Assembly: GCA_964188305.1 (NCBI GenBank)
Contig: OZ076886.1
Origin: Podarcis bocagei
Taxonomy: Eukaryota
Length of the DNA: 64,000 nucleotides
Strand: one strand, 5' to 3'
In this document: positions 51,697-63,540 of the stretch, piece after piece
Layout: every line of letters begins with the position of its first letter
Position numbering within the stretch: position 1 is the first letter of the stretch
Notes under the pieces: model-generated
What the model saw: the letters and a program-made list of their open reading frames with translations, nothing else
The model's database searches: none
What the model was told of the DNA's origin: nothing
Translations under genes and position numbers: made by a program

Positions 51697-53935
51697 CGCT
51701 TATCTGCTGGTTCTTTGGGGGACTCCCAGGCTGTGATGGGCTAATGTCTTTAAGCCTGGGCTAAACATGTCAGTGCACCACATGAGTAATGACGACCAGG
51801 AGGCACGAGTGCATGAGTGCCTCACGCAGAAATGCATGGAGTAGTCTCCTCTGAGGGCAGATAATTATTACTTAGATATTGCATTCTACATTTTGTGGGG
51901 TAGAAGAGTGGACGTCACCTCTTAATTAAAAATGACAACAGTCATCATCACCTAAGTTTGGCCAACAATGATGTCAAGGAAGAAGATTCCAAGCCTTTTT
52001 TTTTTAATTGGAGACAACAGCTTCACCAAGAAATAAAGATTTGTTATATTTATTGAGTTGATACACTTTGGCTGTGAGTCCTGGAAGGCCTGCTCTCTGC
52101 CTTGCTTGCCTTTTCCACCTGGCCTGGGAGAGCAGGGCCCTGACTGACTCCAGCTACGAAAGCTGAGGTCTCTGAAAAGACTGTTGGGGGTGGGTGAGGG
52201 AGGGGACTGTTGCCGTTGCTGCTGTTGGATTTCTGTATTTTTATTTTAGATCTTTTGATTTACGTGGAAATTGTTCAGATTGGTTGTGCATTTTTAAATG
52301 TTTTATTTATTGTTTATAACCACTTTTGCTATGTCGTAGTTGTGTATTTTTTCATGTTGTAAGCTGCCCTGAGCATGGTTTGAACTGTGGAAGGGCGGAA
52401 TACAAATAAAATTATCTATGTATGCATGCATGCATGCATGCATGTATGTATGTAATATCACTTGCCCAGGGCAATTAAAAAGTTTCTTGGTGACTTAGAA
52501 ATTGAATAAAAATACATTTTTTAAAAAAATTAAGCCAGTGCTTTTTTTCCTAAAAAAAATGTTTAGGGGTGCTCTCATTTTGCTACTCATATTGAAATAC
52601 TGCCCCTCAATGAGGCCAAGCTTAGAAAAACTTCAAGATCCACAATAGCAACAGCAATAATAAGAATATCAGCCACGTATGGTCATGATAACCATCACAT
52701 TCTAAGAAATGCAAGGAGACTTTAATTTGCTGCAAGTCAAAATTCAAAATCTTGCCACATAAATAGCTAAACTGTGTGACTTCGTGGTCAGCAGTATAAT
52801 GAAAATTAGACAAATGATACAAATGATACCTGACCTAAAGAAACAAAAGCCAACCCTGATATAATATGTGTAAAGTCCTTTCAGCCTGAGACGTGAGAAT
52901 GGATTGCAAGATGGTGCCCCAGCGAACAGATTGCAAGCTTAGAATGGTGAAAAGTGGAAAAATTGAAGTACAATCAGCCACAGCTCAAGCAATATGCAAC
53001 ATTATACAGACAGAGCTTTTAAAGTGAGTTTTGACCTCCCTTGTTCCCAGACTTCTGTTTCTTGATATCTCAGTGGTGCTGTAGAATGAACACACAACAG
53101 TGGTTTGCTGAAGTAACATTTTCTGCAGACGCTTCCCATTAAAAATATTAATACCACTCCTCTTTCTCCAAGTAGTTCAGGACGCTGCTGTACTTCCACC
53201 CATTTTATTCTCACAACAATCCTGTGAAGTAGGCTAGTCTCTAGTAGGTTGTGAATGTCCCAAACTCAAGCCACAAGCTTTTTGTCCCAGCTGTTATTGC
53301 ACCAACCTGCTCTCAGGCTACACCCAGGGATGCAAAAGAATTGGGTCAGAATAAAATGGAGGAATGGGCTTGGGGGAACCACTTCTGAAGAGGCCCCACT
53401 TTTTGTTAAACTGCATAATATATATTTTTAAAAGCTAGCAGATGATGGTGAAATGCCTTGCCGTCCTGCTTATGCATTTGTTTGCTTAATATCTGTTTTA
53501 TTAGTTACCATTAAAACAGGCAGATGCAAAGGAAGATCTAATAACTGAATTGCAAATACATAATTCCACATGCAAATAAACTGAAAAAGTAAAACAAATG
53601 CAAGTTAATAAAGGAGAATATCCCTTTTTAAAAACTGACTTGTTCCCAATGGACACACAAACACAAAAACCCAGTTATTCTTAATTTTAAAAAGAACACT
53701 TGGGGTGAGTGGGGAGGGGACTATTGCTGCTGTAGCAAAAGCAGAACATCTTCCAGCCCCTTAAAACTAGCAACTTTATTACTGCATAAGCTTTAATGAA
53801 CTAGAGGCAACTTCATCAGATGCAAACTATCCACTTACTGCATAAACAGATCACACAATGAAAGGAATGTGTGGTGGGAGCTGCAGGTCTACACAAGCTA
53901 GCTCAGTCACCACCACTGCTTTTCCGGAGTTACAT

Positions 53936-54286
53936 GGGACACGGGTGGCGCTGTGGGTTAAACCACAGAGCCTAGGGCTTGCCAATCAGAAGGTCAGTGG
54001 TTCGAATTCCCGCGATGGGGTAAGCTCCCGTTGCTCGGTCCCTGCTCCTGCCAACCTAGCAGTTCGAAAGCACGACAAAGTGCAAGTAGATAAATAGGTA
54101 CCACTCCGATGGGAAGGTAAACGGCGTTTCCGTGTGCTGTTCTAGTTCACCAGAAGCGGCTTAGTCATGCTGGCCACATGACCCGGAAGCTGTACACCGG
54201 CTCCCTCGGCCAATAAAGCGAGATGAGCACCGCAACCCCAGAGTCGGTCACGACTGGACCTAATGGTCAGGAGTCCCTTTACCTTT
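53936..54286 (+). mobile_element. Sauria SINE, full length
   Basis: GGGACACGGGTGGCGCTGTGGGTTAAACC...CCCTTTACCTTT. TSD TTTCC(G/A)GAGTT(A/G)CAT at 53921-53935 and 54284-54298. Confidence 0.92.
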
Positions 54287-54797
54287 CCAGAGTTGCATAC
54301 AACCCTTTGTTTTCAGATCATGTACAAATGTGTCATAGGAGGCAATCTCTTAGAACAGGTGTGGTAAACATTTGGCTCTGCAGGTGTTGAACTTCAACTC
54401 CCAGCAGCCCCAGAAAGCATAGTCAGGAATGATAGAAGTGGTAGTTTTGGCGCAAGCTCGTTTTCTGCTGCTCTGCAGAGTGGAACTCGAACTGATGGCT
54501 TCAGGTGACAAGAAAGGAGATCCTGACTCAACCTCGGGAATAACTTTCTGACAGTAAGAACAGACTCCCTTGTGGGGGTGGGACTCTCATTCACTAGAGA
54601 TTTTTAAGAAGCGGTTGGCTGCTTTAGTTGAGATTCCTGCATTGCAGGGGGTTGGACTAGATTGCCCTTGGGGTCCTTTCCAGCTCTACGATTCTACATC
54701 TGGAGAGCCAAAGGTTCCTGACACTTGTCTCAGAATAACACTTCACTGTGCAAAAGAAGAAAAATCCTACTTTTGATATGGTTTAATGAAATTTCTC

Positions 54798-55052
54798 GGG
54801 GCGCGGGTGGCGCTGTGGGTTAAACCACAGAGTCCAGGACTTGCCGATCAGAAGGTCAGCGGTTCGAATTCCCGTGATGGGGTGAGCTCCTGTTGCTCGG
54901 TCCCTGCTCCTGCCAACGTAGAAGTTTGAAAGCACGTCAAAGTGCAAGTAGATAAATAGGTACCACTCCGGTGGGAAGGGAAGGTGGGAAGGTAAACAGT
55001 GTTTCCATGCACTGCTCTGGTTCACCAGAAACGGCTTAGTCATGCTGGCCAC
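54798..55052 (+). mobile_element. Sauria SINE, 3'-truncated
   Basis: Intact 5' end. Stops at CATGCTGGCCAC. Perfect 13-bp TSD AATGAAATTTCTC at 54785-54797 and 55053-55065. Confidence 0.88.
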
Positions 55053-58000
55053 AATGAAATTTCTCAATTAAGGCTGCAATCCTCAGCACTCATTTCTGGG
55101 ATGGTGGGACTTCTGCCCGAGTAAACCTGCATAGGTATCTACAATGTAAATGTTGTGGTCCTAATATAACAAATAAAAAACTGCAGTTACCAGCTACTTA
55201 TGGAGCTGCTGTTCACAAAAAAGGAAGATACACTGCGCATGTCTATATGTTCAGAGGTATCTCCTGGGATAGGAAGGGTCTCTTTTCAATCTAGTCTTAA
55301 CTCTGCTTAGAACAGTTGTAAATATTTTGTGTTGCCATGTCTGCAAAACCTATGTGAATTAGCCACAAAGGCATCACAGTTTCCTCGCTTACTACACCAT
55401 GCATGGGAATAAATAATCAAAACCACTCCTCCCAGGGTGTACATTGCACACAAAGTGGTCTCAAGGATGAGAAGCGGGGAGGGAACTTTTCTAGAAATCG
55501 GGGAGAGTGGGCATATTTTGCACACTCCTCTCTCTCCCTCCTCTGCTCCCAACACGATGTAAACAGATGAATATTCAAGCACTTCTGAAGGGATGCAACT
55601 TCTTCAAATTGGAACACGGCAAACTTTCCTCTAGTTTGTACAGTCCCTGACAACACGAAGCACAAACAGTTCCTCTCAACGGCATCAGCGCTCTGGATGC
55701 AAACTGTCACTGCTAAAGCCGGCATAAAATGAGAGCACAAAGAGCAGCCATTTGCGAACAACGAAGAAAATGGGATTGCTAGAGAGACAGTAATGTAAGG
55801 TGGAACTTTACTTAGAAGTTCATTACTTCTAACCAGTGGTCATCAGCTGACCTGTGTGGAACGAATCAGTGGATTAAGTCCAGTTCCTTGACAACAATCA
55901 TTCACACACTACCAGGACTTCCACCCAGCTGGTATCGCTGCAGGTAGCAGCACTCATCTTCTCGCAGTATGATGTTGTTGCACCTCCTTTTTGAAAAAGA
56001 AGAGGGTAGGATTGGTAATACAGCGCACACAGATGCCTGCAGAAGGCTGAGCCTTTTGTGTATCTAATCCCTGTGACAAAGAAAACATTTCCATTCCATC
56101 TCTATGGATTCCTCAGGACAGCTTCAACCACGCAGCATTCCAAAAAGGGAAGGTTGGCAGATGAGTCAAGACCCTGTATGCTTCATGCATAACAAGAAGC
56201 ATCTATGGCTGGAAGGCAGTACAAAAAAGTGGGAGATAGGTTTTTGCCAAGGATGCTGTGAAAGTCCTCTGTGTAGGGAAAGGACAGATCTGGCCTGCCT
56301 AGCTTTCTTGTGGCACAACAGACCTGACTGATATTATATGGATGCCCCGGACAGACTGGTGACCTGCTCTATAAAATTTGCAGAACCGGGCCCTTGGGAA
56401 GTCCAGTTTCATCTGTAAAAGCCCAAACGTAGCTTTGGGGCCTGACGATGGCAACAAATGAGAGTCATTAAGTGTGGTGTACACTTTGTCCTGAGCTATC
56501 AGAAATACATGATGGGATCACATCTAGTGGCAAGAGGTGAGATTGAAAGCCGTTTCTCTGTGGTCCGAAGGCCAACCCACACGTTACACGTAATTGCGAG
56601 CAAGAAAAGCCCAGTGGCCCACTTCTTCCTTGAAACCAGTTTCAGAAAGGGATGATTTTCAGCAAAGACAGATGGGTTTGAAAGGTGCTTATCTTTTCCT
56701 CTCCCCGCCCCCCAATTTTCTTCAGGAACTCCCTCTTCCGAAGTTGCTTTCTCTTTGCCATTTTTCTTTTCATCTTCCTAATATGAGCCTGGAAGCAACT
56801 TGGGGGAACCAAAAACAGGTTAGAAGTGGTATAAAAATTTGGTTAAAATAAAAAATAAATGAATAAAAGCAGAGAGTGGAGAATGGCTTAAGACCAGGGC
56901 TGGAATAAAACCACAATGGGCTGGCAAGCTGTTGTGGGTCCTCTGCTCCATCCCAACTCTGAACTCACCCATTTGTCATATGTGTTGTACTGTGTTATGT
57001 ACAACAAAACAGGGTAGGGTGGAAACTACATTTCTTAGCAGAGCATTATCATCCATGTTTTTTTCCTGAAAACAAGAGACTCTAACTCATGACCAAATGA
57101 CATGCTCTTTCTCAAGTCACTTTCAATCGACGTTGAGCACTAGTCACAATATTCAACTTGCATCTCTATCTATAACTTTGGGAAGCAGCCTGATACGTTT
57201 TGGAGCTGCTCTGTAGCTTTCCAGTTTGACTCTTTATTCAGAACTGAATTAGATCCATTAAGAACAAAGCTCTGTTTTTCCACAATTCACTGTAATAGGA
57301 AATCTAAAAGTAGCTGTAACTCCCCCCCCCCCCTGTTTCACAGAAGTGGAAGAAATTTTCAGGCATGGGAACCTCTCCAGAGTGGAACAAGCGTTCATGT
57401 AAGGCGTTCGTGTAAGGTATCTTTATAGTTTGATCATTGTAAAAGGAAAAGGAAAAGTATATTTTACCTTCTGCCAGAATTGTACGCAATTTCTAGGCAT
57501 GGTGACTTCTTCTGAAATGATGAAGGTTGCTATATTTCAAAATGACAGATACAGCGGTTATCCCATAAGGACAGAATTTACTATTTGGAGGTGGGTACAA
57601 CTGGAATCACAGAAAGCAGGAGTAGAGATGAAAAAAGGACACAAATACTTAGGAGAGACTGGGGCAAGAGGAAAGGCTACCCTCCTGCAAGTCCCTGTTA
57701 CTCTAAGACAGTGGTTTTCAACCAGTGTGCAGGGGCACCCTGGGGTGCCTTGAATGATGTTCAGGGATGCTGCGGGCAACACTGGCCTCCGTCCCTCTTT
57801 CCTTCCCTTCTTCCTCTGATGCCCTCTTGTTTCTCTATACAGCTGACCTTGCCCTCTTGCGTCTCTTGCACAGCTGACCTCATGTTCACCTTTGGCAAGT
57901 GTCCGTTGGGTCACTAAGGCTGGGGGCACCCTCTTCTCAGGTCCCTGTGGGGCAGTGTGAGGAAGCACCTCCCTTTGGGGCAGGAGCGCAGCTCAGAGAC

Positions 58001-59452
58001 CAGGGGTAGTAGCAGCGGCTGCCCAGAGGACTCCCAAGGAAAGGGGAAAGGGGAGGAGGCTGAGGGAACACTCCACAAGGGAGGGTGTTCAAAAAAGGGT
58101 GAGGGGCTGCCAGCTCTGCAGACAAGGGGTTACATAACTGAGCCACAGAAAGAATGGAGTTGGTCAAGATAGATAAGGACTCAAAAAGATTGATAACCTC
58201 TGCTCTAAGGGTCACTGGTGGTGGTGGGCTTCCACCACCCCCAGCTGGAAGTCTGGGGGTTGCAACATCCTAATTCCAAGCAAAATCTTTCCATTGACTT
58301 GCTTAGAGGAGAAGGGTAGCGAGGGGTGAATGTATGGATCCCCAAGAAAGACTAGGTGGTAGAAATGTCACCCAGTAACAAGGACCTGATTGCCCCAATG
58401 GTTCTTGATGGTGGAGTGTAAGCTTCTGCCTCCCCATCAGGGAATTTTTTTGGTTAGCACCTCTTCAGTTAGAGATTTTTCCATTATCCTGTATAAGGGA
58501 GTAAGTGGTGATGGGGGAAAAAAATCCCAGCATAGATCTATGTGAAAAAACAAACACTTTCAAAATTTACTTTATTTCACCTTCCTTTCCCCAAATCACT
58601 GTGAATGGAGTGCCCTCAGAAAATAATACACTGTGATTAAAATGTAAACCTGTCCATCAAAATGAAAGATCTCACCTCACTGAAGCTCTGGAGGCTTCCT
58701 TGGTCAACTTGGTTTCGCTTTTAAAAAATGTAGTAGTCACTTTAAAGATGCAGTTTGGGGGAGGTAACAGAGCCCCCAAAGCTACTGTCCCTGGTCAGAC
58801 TCGAGATGCCTTATTAATGAAGCAATCCAGTTCAGGCCTGCAAAACTGACTTAAAACCACTGCTGCTGCTGTTAATTTTGCAGAATTGTGATCTCTCTTT
58901 GTTTTGTTATTGAATGTCAGAACATGATGTTTGAAGATGATAGGCTGACCTATTTTGCAGTGACTTTGTGCAACTCCGTGAATCTTTTACACCTTATATT
59001 ATCAGGTGTTTCACTGTAGACAGTACGCTTTGATCAGAAGGCACAGCAAGGAATGTAGACCTAATACAAAAACTCACATTAATGCTGTTGAAAGAAACAC
59101 AGATTAACTGTCTCTCGGTGGTAGGTGGCCTGAGAAGCAGGGGCTCTTGTGGTTGGTGGTGCTGTTGTGGTTCAGGATGGTGTTAGCTCCGGGAGCCAAT
59201 CAGTGACAATGGTTGGCTCCTGCATAGGCAGGGCCAGGGCACAAACCCAGGGGAAGTCTAGCCTTCCTGCGGTCCATGGTCTGGTCTATCAATTGGGACG
59301 GAACCTACAACTGTGCAAATGTCCACGCTGCTGTTGAGTGACCCAACCACTTGACTCATTTCGTCCTTGTTGTTGCTGTTTAACAGAGCCAGGAAAGACT
59401 TTTAATCATGGTGCAAACTGACCATGGTGTTCAAGGGTTCTCTTTACTCCTT

Positions 59453-59719
59453 TGTTGTTGTTTAGTTGTTTAGTCGTGTCCGACTCTTCGTGACCCCATG
59501 GACCAGAGCACACCAGGCACTCCTGTCTTCCACTGCCTCCCGCAGTTTGGTCAAACTCATGCTGGTAGCTTCGAGAACACTGTCCAACTATCTCGTCCTC
59601 TGTCATCCCTTTCTCCTTGTGCCCTCCATCTTTCCCAACATCAGGGTCTTTTCCAGAGAGTCTTCTCTTCTCATGAGGTGACCAAAGTATTGGAGCCTCA
59701 GCTTCAGGATCTGTCCTTC
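59453..59719 (-). mobile_element. RTE-BovB LINE 3' fragment
   Basis: Reverse complement of ~2480-2751 with (CAA)n tail. 15-bp TSD TTCTCTTTACTCCTT at 59438-59452 and 59717-59731. Confidence 0.92.
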
Positions 59720-60657
59720 TCTTTACTCCTTACTTGCATATTTTTCTTGCACACAGTTTCCTTTAGTAGGGGTTTGGCAATGGGCGGGATCTATAGCTGT
59801 ATGAGGGGATCCCCTCAAGGGGGTCAAGTTTGGCATGGTAAGGCTTTGGCCCCTAGCTCAGGAGGCCAGAAGAGCCAGATGCCACTGCCAGCTTGCAACA
59901 GGAACCAACAAGAGTGGCTCACCCTTGCAATTGGAACCTCCCATTAACAAGTCCTCCAGCTGACCCAGCAGGCAGGCTGGAGGAAAGATCAGTGCTCCCA
60001 TGTCATGCCAAACCACAGTGTACTATAAACTAAGGCCCCACATCTACCCCATACTTCCACTGGCTCTTCTTTGGTCCCCACAGGCCTAAACCCATGTGTC
60101 TGATAACATGGGCACCAGAAGATAAAAAACAAGAGGTCTGAAACAGAGAAACAGAAGTGAAACCTCTAACAGAGATAATAGATGAAATGCTAGAAAGGGG
60201 GAAAGCGCTTCTGCTTTTCAACGTCAAGTTTAGAAACCACAATCCCGTTCCTCAATTCCACTTGGCTATAAATAGATCATTTCTAGAAAGAGAAACTGAG
60301 CAAACAAACTTTGCAAATTGTTAAAGGCAGCAGAAGCCTTGTCTCATTTTCAGACCCCCTTAAAATGTTACGTTTTGCCATTTCCCACACATTAGGGGTG
60401 CTTAAGACAGGTTGGAGAAAATTGCTTGCACCCGTCCCTCCCCTGTGTCTTAGTGCTCCACTGACAGAACCATTCTGCAGGAATTTCAAGTTTGTAAATC
60501 AGCTAATTCCCTCCCTGGCTACTTTGGCACAGTGATATAGAGGGTTGTGATTTTCAAAGACCAGAGACAGGGTTAACAGTCGGTGACCAGGCTGCTGCAA
60601 TGGATGTTGAGGAGTGAAAATGCAAAAGTTCAGAAGAGATTTCCATTATTTTTACTA

Positions 60658-60882
60658 CAGTGGTTCCTCGGGTTAAGTACTTAATTCGTTCCGGTGGTCC
60701 ATTCTTAACCTGAAACTGTTCTTAACCTGAAGACCACTTTAGCTAATGGGGCCTCCTGCTGCCGCCGCACCACTGGAGCACAATTTCTGTTCTCATCCTG
60801 AAGCAAAGTTCTTAACCCGAGGTAATATTTCTGGGTTAGCGGAGTCTGTAACCTGAAGCATATGTAACCCGAGGTACCACTG
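60658..60882. mobile_element. Tc1/mariner-pogo (Tigger-like) MITE, same family as 14141-14366
   Basis: TIRs CAGTGGTTCCTCGGGTTA...TAACCCGAGGTACCACTG with TA TSD. Confidence 0.88.
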
Positions 60883-60940
60883 TACTATCTTATTTATATA
60901 TTGCCTTATTCCGCAAAGTCTCAAGGTGATTTCCATCACA

Positions 60941-61012
<72 letters not shown>
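60941..61012. repeat. (GT)n(AT)n compound microsatellite at the PLE 3' junction
   Basis: About 20 bp of GT followed by about 50 bp of AT, directly joined to the element end. Confidence 0.95.
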
Positions 61013-61014
<2 letters not shown>

Positions 61015-61090
61015 TTTCGTAGATTTTCACGGGTACAGGAATGCAGGTTTTGGTGTCTTCGGGTGTCTTCCCGTGTAAGAGTTGGGGTGT

Positions 61091-61135
61091 CTAGGCGACG
61101 TTTCGACGAGGTCTCACTCGTCATCTTCAGGCTGG
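61091..61135 (-). ncRNA. Minimal type I hammerhead ribozyme motif in PLE terminal repeat (copy 2)
   Basis: Minus strand reads CCAGC CUGAAGA U GACGAG-ugagac-CUCGUC GAAA CGUC GCCUAG. PLE pseudo-LTRs are known to carry such minimal hammerheads. Confidence 0.72.
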
Positions 61136-63540
61136 TGCTTTCGGCTTCTTGTTACTGGAACAGAGCAGGATCTCAGTGTTTGAGTTCCTATAAATACTGT
61201 TGAGGGGGTGTGGTGTATAGCCTCCAACGTTCTGGGCAGAGAGGAAGTTCCCAGGTTAGTGTGTCTTTTCTTCTTTTGTTCATTAATTACTTGAGGGATA
61301 TCTTGAGTGATTTCTTGAGTGATATTCTGAGTACCACTTAGGAGGGTCATTAGGTGTGGATTAGTTGCTAAAGCTTTCGTGTCTTGACCTCTTGAGCTTG
61401 TGAAGAGTTTTTTCTGAGAAGATGGCTGTACTGCACTTAGTTGTGCTCTGGCTTGGCTTCGTGTATAGGGGCGAGCTGTGGTTTTGTGCCCTGTGCCAGC
61501 CAGATCTGTGTAGGGATTGCAGGGGGGTGCAGCATCCGGAGGTGCCACTATGGTTTGGCTACTGGATGGTGTCTGTAATTTATCTGTGGAGAGGGTCTGG
61601 GTTTGGGTCTGGTGTGGTTGATTGGAGATGGCGTTCTGTGTGCCTCTGGTTCTGGTGTCGGTTTTTGTGGGGAGGGCTATTTTCCAGATGTCTGGCAGGC
61701 GGGACGTATCGTCACGCTTGTTCATGTTGTGAGGGTGTTTCTCTATCTCGATGGCTTCCATGATTATTCTCTTGTGGTGGTGTTCCATGTTAAAGAGCAA
61801 TTTGGAATCTGAAAAATTAATTTCGTGTCCTGTTTCTTTCATGTGTTGGTAAAGAGAGGAAGTTTTTTCTTCTTTTTTGACGGCATTCTTGTGTTCTGCG
61901 ATACGTGCATTTATTCGTCTGTTTGTTTGTCCAATGTACGTGGCTGGGCAGACTTTGCAGGGTATTTCATAGACCCCTTGGTTTTCTAACTGGATTTTAT
62001 CTTTGGGGTTTCTGAGGATATTGGCTATTTTTTGGTTGGTGCAAAAGGCTGTTTTGATATTGTGTTTATGGAGGATTTTGCTAATTTTATCTGTAGTGCC
62101 CTTGATATAAGGAAGGAGGGCCATGCCATTGTTTTCTTCTGTGTCTTGGTTTTTGGGGGGTGTTTCTTTTTGGATTAGCTTCGTAACCCTGTTTTGCTGG
62201 TATCCGTTGGCGATTAACACATTTGAAAGATTCTGTAACTCAGTTGTCAAGTGGTCTTTGTCAGCCAGGCGTTTGGTTCTGGAGATGAGAGTCTTGGCTA
62301 CGGAGTTTATTTGTGCAGGGTGGTGGTGTGATTGTGCATGTAAGTAGCGGTTGGTGTGTGTTTTTTTCCGGTAGATAGTGTGTCCTAGGGAGCCATCAGG
62401 TTTTTTGTAGATTAGGACGTCAAGGAAGGGAAGTTGGTTGTTGGCTTCTATTTCCATAGTGAATTGTATTTTGGGGTGTAGGCTGTTGAGATGTGTGAGG
62501 AAGCTATCTAGTTTTTTCTTCCCGTGTGGCCAAATTACAAAGGTGTCGTCAACATACCTGAGCCAAAGTTTGGGTTTGTGTTCTGACTTGTCTAAAGCAT
62601 TGGTTTCAAAGTGTTCCATGTACAGATTTGCGATGACCGGTGAGAGGGGTGATCCCATAGGTGCTCCTTCTATCTGTTTGTATCTTTGTCCATTGTGGAT
62701 GAAGTACGTGTTGGTTAGGCAGTGGTTGGTCAGGTCCAGGATGTATTCGGGGGGATTGTATTTGTTTTGAATGGCTGTCAAGGCTTCATTAATGGGCACT
62801 TGTGTGAAGAGAGATACAACATCGAAGCTCACAAGTAGGTCGTCGGGATGTAGGTTTTGCTTCTTTATTGTTTCTATGAACTGGAAGGAGTTTGTAACGT
62901 GTGAAGCGATAGATTCTGCATAGGGCTGAAGTTGCTTAGCGAGAAATTTAGCGAGATTTTGTAGAGGTGAGCCTATGGAGCTGACTATTGGTCTGAGTGG
63001 TGTTCCTTCTTTGTGTATCTTGGGGAGACCGTAGAGTTTGGGGCATCTGGATGATTTTTCTCTGGGGATGATTCTTAGCTGGATTTCTTCACTGATAGGA
63101 GAGGCTTTTATTTTGGATTTGGTGGTTTTTTCCAGATAGGTGGTGGGATCTGTTTTTATAGGTTGGTAGGTAGGGTCTTGGAGTAGATTTGATAGTTTTG
63201 CTTGGTAGTCCGATGTGTTCATCACAACAGTGGCATTACCTTTGTCTGCTGGGAGAATGATTATGTTGTTGTCTTTCCTCAGGTTGGTGAGTGCTTTCTG
63301 TTCTTCTTTGTGTAAATTGCTTCTGGGTGGTTTGCTGGAGCAGAGGATGTTGGTGACTTCAAGTCTGATTTTATTGGCTTCATCTGGGTTGATTTTGGTT
63401 AGGCTAGCTTCGACTCCGCATATGATGTTTTCCGTGGGGATGCGTCTCGGGGCGACTGCAAAGTTGAAACCTTTGGAGAGTACTTTGGTTTCAGTTGAGG
63501 TGAGGATCCTGTCTGATATGTTATGTACTGTTTGTTTCAT
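61114..63540 (-). CDS. PLE reverse transcriptase / GIY-YIG endonuclease (808 aa from an internal Met; the true N-terminus lies upstream across a frameshift)
   Basis: Motifs ILPADKGNATVVM, LYGLPKIHKEGTPLRPIVSSIGSP, LVSFDVVSLFT, GAPMGSPLSPVIANLYM, WLRYVDD, LPFLDV, YRKKTHTNRYL, and GVYEIPCKVCPATYIGQTNRRINARIAEH. Confidence 0.95.
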   Translation of the reverse strand: MKQTVHNISDRILTSTETKVLSKGFNFAVAPRRIPTENIICGVEASLTKINPDEANKIRLEVTNILCSSKPPRSNLHKEEQKALTNLRKDNNIIILPADKGNATVVMNTSDYQAKLSNLLQDPTYQPIKTDPTTYLEKTTKSKIKASPISEEIQLRIIPREKSSRCPKLYGLPKIHKEGTPLRPIVSSIGSPLQNLAKFLAKQLQPYAESIASHVTNSFQFIETIKKQNLHPDDLLVSFDVVSLFTQVPINEALTAIQNKYNPPEYILDLTNHCLTNTYFIHNGQRYKQIEGAPMGSPLSPVIANLYMEHFETNALDKSEHKPKLWLRYVDDTFVIWPHGKKKLDSFLTHLNSLHPKIQFTMEIEANNQLPFLDVLIYKKPDGSLGHTIYRKKTHTNRYLHAQSHHHPAQINSVAKTLISRTKRLADKDHLTTELQNLSNVLIANGYQQNRVTKLIQKETPPKNQDTEENNGMALLPYIKGTTDKISKILHKHNIKTAFCTNQKIANILRNPKDKIQLENQGVYEIPCKVCPATYIGQTNRRINARIAEHKNAVKKEEKTSSLYQHMKETGHEINFSDSKLLFNMEHHHKRIIMEAIEIEKHPHNMNKRDDTSRLPDIWKIALPTKTDTRTRGTQNAISNQPHQTQTQTLSTDKLQTPSSSQTIVAPPDAAPPCNPYTDLAGTGHKTTARPYTRSQARAQLSAVQPSSQKKLFTSSRGQDTKALATNPHLMTLLSGTQNITQEITQDIPQVINEQKKKRHTNLGTSSLPRTLEAIHHTPSTVFIGTQTLRSCSVPVTRSRKHQPEDDE

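Noticed and set aside
57900-58380. Possible additional solo LTR (TGTCCGTTGGGTCAC...GTCACCCAGTAACA)
   Set aside because: The terminal inverted match is imperfect and I found no TSD, so it cannot be supported.
61114-61116. UGA as a selenocysteine codon, as in some PLE families
   Set aside because: The sister copy has UAA at this position, and the RT ORF contains no internal UGA.
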